In this document: piece by piece, positions 27,627 through 38,093 of the stretch
Layout of the letters: every line of letters begins with the position of its first letter
Numbering within the stretch: the first letter of the stretch is position 1
Assembly: GCA_043228905.1 (NCBI GenBank)
Contig: JBHGNT010000013.1
Span: 5,704,001-5,768,000, forward strand
Direction of reading: 5' to 3'
Length of the DNA stretch: 64,000 nucleotides
Source: Azolla caroliniana
Taxonomy: Eukaryota; Plantae; Polypodiophyta
Notes under the pieces: model-generated
Told to the model about the DNA's origin: nothing
Database searches by the model: none
Seen by the model: the letters and a program-made list of their open reading frames with translations, nothing else
Translations under genes and position numbers: made by a program

Positions 27627-28841
27627 GGGTTTAGGGTTTAGGGGTGCTCTCTCTCTCTCTCTTACCTCTCTCCCTCCCTTTACTTTTATATTACCACCCT
27701 ACCCTAAACCTTAACCCTCCCTAGCTCACACCAAGTGTATCAAACGGTTTGGGTGCGCTCAAATCGTTCTTGGTGAACTTTTCACTTCACCCCCACTTTG
27801 TCAATTTATCGCCGTACCCCTCCCTCACCTTCCTAAATTACTTTTCCTAAATTACCCTTAATTACCCTCCTACACTTCCCCCTCACTTTCTCAAATTTAC
27901 CTTTCTACCCCTCCTCCCACATTTTCCTATTGCCACTCTACCCCTCCCCTAAACACCCCCCCTCATTTCTTAAAAACTAAACACCCTACCCCCACCCCTC
28001 CTCTCTATAAATCTTTTCCTCTCTCACACTTAAGCTATCACTTCTCCCTCTCTTAGTTTTCCTTCTCTCTCAAAATCTTTTCTTATCCTATTTTATCCAC
28101 CTTTCCATTTTTGTTTTTCTACCCTCACCCATGTTCTACTTTTTCTTACTCTACCCCTCCCCATCCTCTTCCTAAATCTATAACCTTCCCCCTTTTTCTT
28201 TTTCCTCTTTCCCCACACTTGTCTCTCTCCCCTACCTCTCTCCTATTTCCTTTCTCTTTCTTGCTTTGTCTAGGTTACACGTGCATCTCTCTCCTCTCTC
28301 TACCCTCTTTCTCTCTCATACTTTTCTCACGTTTTCCCACCCTTGATCCTCGTAGATCTAGTCACTCCTCTTATGTCTACTCCTCTCTCTCTCTCTCTCT
28401 CTCTCCTCTTTCCTTCCCTTCTCATCATCTCACTGATTTTCCTTATTTCCCCCTCAATCTTGACTCCCCTTTTAATATTTCCCCTCTTTTTACATTTCAT
28501 ATCCTAACTCTCTCTTCTCTTATTCCTCCTTAACATTATAACCTCTATTTTCTTCTACCAAAACCTCCCCCTTGTCACATTAAAGCTCATAGTATCTTTT
28601 TCCTTCTTCTCCAAATCTTCCCCTTTCCAAATCATATCCATAAGCACACACCCCCACTCCCTATTGTCATTTCTCTAAACCCTCTCCTAAAACTCCTTAT
28701 ATAAACCTATCCAACCCTAATGGTCATTTTAGCACTGATGAGCCCCATAGTGGGCAAAACTAGTTTGCTCATGACCATATCCCCATGTAATTTCTTTTCT
28801 TTCCTAATCTTAATGATAATTAGTAGTAGCTTTGCTCTTAA

Positions 28842-28893
<52 letters not shown>

Positions 28894-29105
28894 CATGTTA
28901 GTAACATTTGTTTGTCTTTTGAATTAATACCTAATGACTAGCCTTCTCTCCCTTTCTCATTATAGTTTTAGATATTTTAGTTATATTTAAGTTTTAATCC
29001 TTATAGTAATTTAAGTTATGAAGGTTTAATCTCTCTCTCATGCTCTCTAAGCCGTGCACCAATGATACACCATACGCACTCCTTGTCGACGATTGTATGA
29101 TCAAA
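27627..29105 (+). mobile_element. 1479-bp pyrimidine-rich insert with telomeric repeats and a hammerhead motif; candidate Penelope-like or retrozyme-like retroelement remnant
   Basis: Starts GGGTTTAGGGTTTAGGGG. Scattered CCCTAAA-like motifs, hammerhead fold at 28720-28778, (CT)n tract ~28846-28890, short A-run at the right junction. Confidence 0.55.
28720..28778 (+). ncRNA. Minimal type I hammerhead ribozyme, probably inactivated
   Basis: ATGGTCAT-ttt-AGCA [CTGATGA] GCCC-catagt-GGGC [AAAA in place of GAAA] C-TA-G [TT] TGCT-c-ATGACCAT. Stems I and II pair; stem III is the palindrome ACTAGT. Confidence 0.75.
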
Positions 29106-30879
29106 AAATTGTCGAAAGCCTCATATACTTGACCATCACCCGACCCGACCTCAGTTATCCGGTCGGAGTGATCAGTCAGTTCATGGCGCGACCTACCGAG
29201 GAGCACCTTCAGTGTGCGCATCGCATACTTCGGTATGTCAACGGCACTAAGGACTAGGGACTGCTATATCGAACCGGTGCAGCCACGCAGTTAATCGGCT
29301 ACACCGATGCTGATTGGGCTGGCAACGCCGCCGATCGCCGATCCACGTCCGGATACGCGTTCTCCCTCGGGAGTGCCGCGATCGCATGGAGCAGTAAGAA
29401 GCAGCCGACAGTTGCACTGTCGAGCACCGAAGCTGAGTACCGAGGAGCGGCTGTCGCGACATGCGAAGCCATATGGTTGAAGTGGCTACTTAAGGACCTG
29501 CAAGAGGAGGTGTCAAATCCGACGATGATCTACTGCGACAATCTCAGCAGCATCCAGCTCGCAAAAAACCCCGTTTTCCATGCACGGACCAAGCACATTG
29601 AGGTGCACTACCATTTTGTCCGTGAGCGTGTCCTTTCCGGTGTAGTCAAACTTTAGTACGTGCCGACGGATCGGCAAACTGCCGACATCTTCACCAAGCC
29701 TCTTGGTCTGGACAAGTTGCGGCAATTCTCAGGTGCGCTCGGATTGCGTCACCTTGACGTGCCAAACTTGAGGGGGAGAACAGCCCTGAACAACCAAGCA
29801 AGGCCGCAGGAAAGGAGCGGAGACCGCAACACCGAGTCGGTTGACTCGGTTGTTGAGTTCGACTTCGGATCCGCTGAAGAAGCCGAGGGCGGACCCGCGG
29901 AAAAGTCCGGAAGCGGACAGAGGGGGAACAGACGAAGGAGAGAGCCGAAGCCAACCACGCATGGGGAAGATGACGCCATCGAGAGCGAGAAGACCGAAGA
30001 CAAGTTGAAGACAGCCAACTCGGACAAGAGCGAAAACCGATTGGAGGTAGCCGAGTCGGTTCAGATGTGTGATTTAGATACGCTGAATCAACCGAGGCCC
30101 AAGCGGAAAAAAAGACAGCAGGAGAAGTGTCAACACCGCAACAATAGAGGACCTAATAAGGGCCACATGAGCAGACAAGCCGACCGGAAGGGTCGAAGCG
30201 CACGGAGTCGAACAGGTCGAGGAGCGCGAGCGAGGCGTGAAGCCAGGAGGAACCGGAGCTGTGAGCCCAAAGATCCCGAAGAGCCTCAAGTTGAGCTTGA
30301 GGGGGAGTGTTGAGAGACAAGCTAAACATCGGCCGGATCGGCTGAAGAAGCCGAGGACCGGATCAGTTGGGACCGATCGATTAGGCCGAATGCGTAAACC
30401 GGTACGCAGACCGGTGCGTAGGTAGGGCCGGATCGGCGCGTAAACCGGGAGGCCGTTAGGGAAGATATTTCGTGAGGAATATATTTGGGAGTTAGTGTAG
30501 GAGCTCGTAATGAGCATTGAAGTACTATCAATACTTCTGTCAGTCCTTCTAGGACTTGTATAAAAGTGTTCATTGAACACACATATGTATAGAGTGGTGA
30601 ATAGAGATTGAGTATTTTTTGTTGAATATAGTTCTTGTGTTTTCTCTCTCTCACACTCTCTGTCTCTCCCGCGTATACTGTGTAAGGTCAAGCTCTCCAT
30701 TAAACCTGAGTTTCTTCCTTCTGTTCGGTCTTCATACTTGCTTCCGTCCACTACTTTTTACAAAAACAAACTCGAGCTTTCTGCTATCCTCGTGATCCTC
30801 GCTCTCCCGCATATCACAGACACCACAACTAGCACAACTCACTTGCCCCACCCTCTTAGCACTCTCTACACGAGTCTTG

Positions 30880-33800
30880 CCCATAACAATGTCGATCTCC
30901 ACCTCTTCAGCGCTGCGCGAGTGGCTCTTAGAAAAGGGTTTCAAAGGATAAATCTGGGTCGTAGAGGCACCACCGCACCCCGATGCCCAAGACATTGCCA
31001 AGAAACTCAACATCGGCACGGTGACGAACTCTAGTATCCGCAAAACATTGGGCTTGTCTACAACTGGCGAAAAACACTTTGACATTCCCCCTACCGACCC
31101 CTTGGACGAAGGAAATCCCAAATCTATATATAAAATCCGCCAAGGCGTATAAGACGAAGGAAATCCCAAATCTGTTTTTTCGGGAGATAGTGAAGTTCCT
31201 TTTCGGTGGTGTACATGTCAATGTCTACAAGATGTCTAAACAAAAGGCAAGCGGCATCATCGACACATTTGAGGGACGCATCGTGGATTGGGGAGTAATC
31301 ACAGGGTCGGCGCTAAGAGAAGGCATACACGCATATCAAGCCGGGAAGAAGCTACGGCCTATAATACAATGGTAGCTCACCGTACTGTTTCCACCTCGCG
31401 AACTTCCCACCCTGCAGCCAAGCAAACCTATGCCCTCGCCACAATTCACAAAACGATGGTTAGTGTAACATGCAACGATAGAATGGGAGGAACAACAGAA
31501 CTGACGCAGGCAGAGCAATAGAACATGAGCGTCGTGGTACAAACCACGACCGGCGAAAAGGAACAAGAACCAGATCGTGGAAGTCCCAGGCCCAAGCGTC
31601 GAAAATTAGATCGGAAGGATGGTCACAGACTAGTCAAAGATACAGCCACACCAATCGAAACTTCCGCCCCCACGGAGCCCACGACCACATTGGAGATAAT
31701 CTACGAGCCGCAACCAATCATTGTTAGAAATATTGAGAATCGATTAGATAGGTATATAGAGTTACAACTACAGAGATGGGATATATGAAAACAAAACTTC
31801 TATTACATATGAGAGTAACTCACAATGGTAGTTTTCCCATGCACTCACACCTTAGAGCTTAGATAGGATACGGACCAGCTCACTACAAAATTAGTGGGGC
31901 CTGATAATGAAGCCAACCACTGTAAAAAGAAAGTGGATTGCTTTCTATGTTTGGTGTAAGTATAACATTAAATGTGCAAGTCAGTTGATAGTAGTGGAGA
32001 TATTCCTTTTTCCGTCAACTGACTTGTCATTTAATATGACCAGCTCGCTAGGTACAGGCTAGTGCTAGATAGTACTAATCTTGAAGTCAATGACACATAC
32101 TTCAAGACTAAGTACATCGTAACTTGCCCACAAAATATTCTAGTTGACTTGATTAGCCAATCCTATTACCTATTTCTCTCTTTCCTAAATACATTGTGTC
32201 CTATGGATCTACGGTTTCCTAGATTAACACCTTATCGACCCATATGGTCGAGTTGCACACTAGCCGCTCCTCATTTGGGGCACTATCACAAAATGTGCAC
32301 TCTAAGAGCACATATGGGGAAAGATTTACAACTTGGGGCTGATCATTGATTATATCTAACAATCATTACGACCCACTCTCAGTGTGGCAAAGGCCTACTA
32401 ATAGTGAAAAGCAAAGTCCTAAAATATCCATACATTCCAGTTACGACCCATGAGTTCGACGCACTATTGCAATTTGGGGCAACATACGAACTCATGGAAT
32501 TCTTGGAGACACAACAGATCAAGCTGTCCCAGAGAATGGCAGAAGAGCACGACGAACAACAAATTATCGAGCGTGCACTGACAAGAATGGTGGAAAGCGA
32601 GGATGAAGGCCCACTAACCAAAGTGGGCAGGAAGTGTAATGTGGGGGTCGGCCGCGTCCGCATCAAATTACCTCCACTGAGTGTAGCCTTAGTAGAAGAG
32701 CACAAAGAGTTGGCAAAGGTCAGTATAGGTGCCAAGGATATGGCAATTAAAAATAAAAATGTATGGAAGACAGTCAATCTGACCCAGGACGAACTAAGTA
32801 AGGCATAGGAGTGCATTGCGCAATTGGAGAGTAATACGGCCACGACGCAACAAAATCCCAGGCCTACCTCCAATAATGATGAATTAAAGACTTTATGATA
32901 AGAGGTTGAAACTCAAATTGCAATAGCCATAAAATCGAGAAAGGCTACGCAGTTAGCCGAGACGAATATTGGCTACCTCCGCGCAAAACTCTACTTGTCA
33001 TCTGACACAGAAGCGGACATCAGGGCAAAAGGATGCAAGGCGGTCAAAACACTTGAAGATAAGCTTGATGCAGAGGTAGCGGCACATGGCCGAACAAAGG
33101 AAGAAAATGGAAAGTTGTGGGAGGAAGCAAACAAAACGGAGGCCGTCATTACGGGCCTAAGGGAGTTAGAAAAAAAAAAAAGCGTGGTACTATGAAGAAC
33201 GGGTTGTACATGAGCAGAAGCAAACACACCACGTCGAAGTGCACCTGAACAATGAAATGGGCCGGCTTGAGGAACTACAGTTAAAGGAATCCCAGATATG
33301 GGCGAAGATGAAGAGCCACTACGAAAAAATAGTGGCAGCCAACAAGCGTAAAATCAAGAATCTAAAGAAGGCCTTGGACGAATCTCAAGCCCGCTCACAA
33401 TTGCTAACGAATTGTATCCGCACCCTCCTTCAAGAAAATCGAGAGTAGTTTATGATGCAATTGAAAGCAGTCTTGGACAAGGGATGGGTTGCGTGGGCTA
33501 TGCAAGCAGCGGAATTGCACAGGCTGGGAGAATCGGCGAAAAGAAGGCAAAGGCTTCTATAAGCAAAGTGAAGAAAGAATTGTTGTTGTACGAGAAGACC
33601 TTGCACAGGATTATCAAACGCTAGCCGACTAGCATTCAGAGGAGTTCATGTAGCTGCTGCAAGATTTCGGGGAAAGCCAGGAAGATATCTTCCGCCAGAT
33701 GACTGAGATCGGCAGCAAGCAGCAGAGGACGGACGAATTGAGGAAAGTGGAAGCCATTACAATACCAGACAACGATTCCGCAGAACGAAATGAGCCCCCG

Positions 33801-33900
33801 CCTAATTTGAACGACACGGCCGAGGTAACAACAATGTCGAGCGTCCCCACAGAGGACATGGACAAAGAAGAGCCATGAAGAGCCATCGCTAGAGCCACAA
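30880..33900 (+). pseudogene. Decayed extra ORF(s) between pol and 3' LTR of the gypsy element; coiled-coil-like C-terminal part
   Basis: Chain of sense ORF fragments 31079, 31525, 32404, 32995 and 33239 rich in E/K/L heptads; no recognised domain. Confidence 0.55.
31722..32361. mobile_element. Solo LTR, 5-bp TSD ATCAT
   Basis: TGTTAGAAATAT...TTATATCTAACA flanked by ATCAT on both sides. Confidence 0.85.
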
Positions 33901-35204
33901 GGGAACGCCACGAACAACGTACCAACAACGCCCACCATGGAAACTCTGTGTGAAGAGGACCATCAGGAAAACAATGCCACGACCGACCAAAATAGCGATG
34001 CGCCCGTTCCCGACATATTGCCGCCAGATAGAGACGAACGATTGGATCTGAACATCCTCGACATTTTGGATACTGATTAAGGAGAGGATGGATCCGACGT
34101 GCCATGGCACTGTCCCACAGGCATGCCAAGTGTTGTCCGCCGAAATTGTGACCGTCTGACATAACGCATTGTAAACTATATTATTATTATAGTAGGGGCG
34201 TTAGGTAATGTTGTAACGGTTTACGCAGGAAGCGTAACCGACCATAGCCCTGTGTATATAAAGGGTGGAAGAACAATGTAAGACCTAGCGTATTTTAGGG
34301 AGCACAATATTTTAATATAGTTCCTATCTTCTCTGATTCCTGTCTCCTCTCTCTTGTCTCTTCTCTTTTATCTCTAAAGTGTGATTGTATACGAGTAAGC
34401 GTAATGTATTACGTGTTGCATGTTTACGCACTGTAGGAGCTTCGTTGTAGCCGTGTCCTATTACGCCTTTTGAGTAAGCTCTACTGCATCAATCCCTATG
34501 TTACAGGCATGACCATATAATATCCTATGGTGAGAATTTACCGTAGTATTCTATACACGTGGATAAGTGTGAGGGTTAAACAAGAGTGTAAAGAAGGGGA
34601 GGATTAATTTTAATCCTCGGGATTGAGACAACCCGGTAGGCCAAGTGTGAACTTGCTTGGGGGCCTTGGGTATCGCTATAAATATGAGGCCTAGCTACCC
34701 TCATTTGATTATCTTTTGACTACGTTGAGACTCTATTTCATGGTGGGTCAACTCTTGTAGCGAGCGTGCCAGCACTAGGTACAACTCGACGCCACGATGG
34801 TAGTATGGGACGACGATCAATGGTTGAGTCCATCTCGATCCCTTCGCTCGGGGGTGGTCGGGTGGATCAACACCCTTCTTTCTTTCTCTCCTTTCTATCT
34901 ATCTATCTATCTTTTATCTTTATTCTTTGCTTACATTAGTTCATAACTTTAACAGTTGGTATCAGAGCTCATGTTCTAATGTTTATTTTGTTGTCTTTTG
35001 TCTTCTTGATTGATGGTGATCGTTCGATGTGTTGTCAGGCTTGATCCAAACAACAATCAACAAAGGAACTTCGGTAACTCTTTCTTGTTTTATTCTCTAT
35101 TTTTTCTTCTCCCATCTAATAATGTATATGGTCAATATGTAATTTTTTTCATTAATTCAATAATGTTGTAGTGGTAATTAATTGGTTCTATAAAACATTT
35201 ATAT

Positions 35205-35460
35205 ATGTGTACGAGGTCAATACCTCATTTGACATATATTTAATATGTTATTAGTGTCGTATACGCATGAGGTTAATACCTAAATTGCGTAATACGCTCA
35301 CATACATATGTTATGTATGCATATGAGGTCAATACCTCGATTTCTTTGTAAATGATATGTGTTTGGTCTCATATGCGGAAGAGGTCAATACCTCAATTGC
35401 GTATTACGATGAACCATTATTTTGGATGTTTCATGTGCATAGAGGCTATATGCTTCGATT
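35205..35460 (+). repeat. Array of GAGGTCAATACCTC hairpin repeats at 56-bp period
   Basis: Copies start at 35213, 35269, 35325 and 35381, with a degenerate fifth at 35442. Confidence 0.85.
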
Positions 35461-37469
35461 ACGTGTCTCGATTACATCATTTTTGGCTATTTGATGTAAC
35501 GATTTGCTTAATATACGCATATGTGGTCATGTGTATACGTATTTGATCGTATATATGTCATAAATAAACATATGTGTATATTTGATATTACGTGATTTCT
35601 ATCGTATGTTGTTCTTGTCGGGAAAAGGATCTTGGTGGTTGTCCTCACATTTTTGTGAGAATGGCGTTGTCACCATCCCTTTTTTAACAATTTTTCGTTG
35701 ACATCTCCATTGGTCACTTCGATATTTTGTTATGTAATGAAACAATCATAGCCACAATGGTGTTGAGAACGTAGGGCTTGACCCACTTCATGTGAGGTCC
35801 CTCCTATAACACACACATCTAACATCCCTCCCTTAGTACATTGATACGATGCCATCATCAGATCATTCTTACAAAAGGCATTCGTAATGACGTAACCTTG
35901 TGATGGGCCACGTGGGCCTACTACGAAAAGAGGGCTCAATTGGCTTGACCATTAGGTTACAGTTTGGCGTATGCCATCGTAATTACGAGACTTGAGGTTA
36001 GGTAATGTACGAACATATTTTGTAGTAAACGAGGGGGAAATAAAGACTCTTGGGATATATGTTTCTTTTAAAAAAACATATATGGGCAAATGCCTCGCAC
36101 ATCTCTTATAAAACATTAAACGCTAAAGAAGAGCAACCTAATTGGTTTGTTCAAGTGTTTAATGCATTTGTTCTCGCTATGGCCATTATGAGTTTTTGGT
36201 TATGCCTTTTGGTTTGACCAATGCTCCGGCCACATTTCAACAAGAAATGAATGACATTTTCGGAGAACAATTTGGAAAATTTGTTGTTATTTTCTTGGAT
36301 GATATTTTAGTTTATAGTCCTACATTAGAAGAACATGCTAAACATGTCCACTTCATTTTACAAACATTGTGTGACAAACAGTTTTATGAGAAGATCTCAA
36401 AATGCGAGTTTCTTCAAGAAAATCAAACTTTGGCCCACTCTTTGGATTATTTGTTACCCATAAGAATATACGAAGAGGCATAAGGGTAGGTGTAATGATG
36501 TTGTTAATGTGTATATGTAAAGTTAATGAGTGTGTCAAGATAAGTATGTGTATGGACACATGTACAATTATGTGTATGTGTACAAGAATGTGTAACGGTC
36601 TTATTTTATAACGATCATGTAACCATTACATTAGATGTATTATATAAACCCTTATGGGCATGTAACAAAAATATATTTTTCCCCTCTCACAATTGTGTCA
36701 TTTTCTATTTGTCTCTCTCTCTAGCTCTCTCCCTGTTGTAACCCCCTTGGGAGGGGGGTGAAGCCATTCTAGCCTTCACCCCTAACCCCCTTGGGAGGGG
36801 GGTGAAGCCATTCTAGCCTTCACCCCCAACCCGCACAACACTTTTGGCACGCCCTACAACCGCCCCTCCCTTGAGAGGAAGTCTATAGCTCTCTCCCTCT
36901 TTGTGTGTTTGTCTGTCTGTCTATTGTGTGTTGAGAGTCGTCTCTGTCTGTGTGTAATGAGAGACAGAAAGCTTAAGTTTTTTCTCCATTGATTTGAAGT
37001 AAGGAAGGATGCATATACAACTCAAGAAAGCTAAATGGAGGAGGAAGCTCCCTTGATAAGAGATAGGATATGTCTAGTTCTTGAAGAAAGAAGCTTTAAG
37101 TAATATACATCGCTTCTCTCACTCTCTCTCTCTGTCTAAAACCCTAGCTACCCCAAAAGTTATCTATATCTTCAGCTCTCTAGGTTTATGTCTGCGTCGG
37201 CGTCTGTGTTGTGTTTTTTGTATTTGTGTGTATGCTTCCTGAAGAAGAAGACGATGAAGAGGATGATAAGGAGAAAAGGAGCACTTTTTATGTTGAAAAT
37301 AGTATTCCCATGGATCTGGTTGGGAAGCTTAAGATGCATCCTCCCATCATGGAGTTGAGAACTGAGAAGGTCGCGGCTATCAAGCTTACTACGCAAGCTT
37401 GTGCCCCTGCTCAGTCCTATGGCGAATCTCACACTCCGCATTGGAAGTCTTGGGAGGCCATGGAAGGTT

Positions 37470-37888
37470 CCCCCTTCCTCATGGAAGAAGCTCTGGCTCT
37501 TCACGGGCCCCGATTCCTCATGAGTATCGCATACCTGGATTCTGGGAACATCGAAAGGACCCTGCAGTCAGGTATGGTGGCCGGTTACTCCCTATTATGG
37601 CTCGTCCTATGGGCCACTGCAATAGGTTTCGTTCTTCAGATGCTTTGGGCTCGAGTCGGAATCGCTACTAATGGGACCTGGCTCAACTCTGTAGAGACGA
37701 ATACCCTTTCTAGGCTCGAATTGTTCTATGGATCATGGCTGGGGTTGCCATCATCGGAGCTGATATCCAAGAGGTCATCGACAGTGCCATTGCTCGACGC
37801 ATCTTGTCTGAGGATTACAGGATTACATTCCTTCATGGGCTGGTGTGCTCATAACTGGAGAAGATGGCTCTTTAATGGTATTCGCAAG
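37470..37888 (+). pseudogene. NRAMP: Captured NRAMP metal-transporter N-terminal fragment
   Basis: SWKKLWLFTGP / FLMSIAYLDSGNIE..LQSG..AGYSLLW / LAQLCRDEYP..IIGADIQEVI.SAIA across frameshifts. Confidence 0.92.
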
Positions 37889-37892
37889 AAAA

Positions 37893-38093
37893 ATGAGTCT
37901 GAGGGATTCTCCGCATTAAGGGGGTTAGTATGGAAACCAGATTGGCTCAAAGTTTTGGGAGGTCATTTGTGACGAGCATGATATAGATCCCACGGGTTCG
38001 TATCATGGAGATTCAGTTCTTCAGCTAGTGAGGATCAATGTTTATTTCAATGAGGCTAGTGGAGGCCTATATGTACCAAAGGCAGTCCACATG
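37893..38093 (+). pseudogene. TUB: Captured beta-tubulin 5' fragment
   Basis: Reads [53 protein letters not shown]; not in the supplied ORF track. Confidence 0.93.

Larger units (their letters stand above)
21796..30313 (+). pseudogene. pol: Copia gag-pol polyprotein with internal duplication, stops and two insertions
   Basis: ORFs 21796-22617, 22517-23056, 23282-23740, 23795-24937, 24844-25374, 25411-26445, 27008-27367 and 29660-30313. Confidence 0.9.
21269..30762 (+). mobile_element. Full-length but disrupted Bryco-like Ty1/copia element
   Basis: LTRs 21269-21723 and 30308-30762, PBS TGGTATCAGA at 21724, PPT GAGGGGGAG before 30308. Gag MASSLPTEKLDRTNY, protease WYVDSGASNHM, integrase, RT YVDDL, RNase H. 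Clade call is from gag resemblance only. Confidence 0.92.

Noticed and set aside
28111-28533. 140-aa ORF as a real protein
   Set aside because: Low-complexity S/P/L/F product of a pyrimidine-rich strand that is poor in stop codons.
30074-30751. Antisense ORFs across the Bryco LTRs (also 15330-15777, 21284-21614)
   Set aside because: They recur only because the LTR is repeated; start and stop positions differ among copies.
35205-35460. CRISPR array
   Set aside because: Repeat is only ~14-25 bp, spacers are partly related, the context is a eukaryotic retrotransposon and no cas genes are present; kept only as a hairpin array.
37211-37972. Intact NRAMP gene
   Set aside because: Homology switches frames, the DPGN motif is mutated, a stop is present and most of the transporter is missing.
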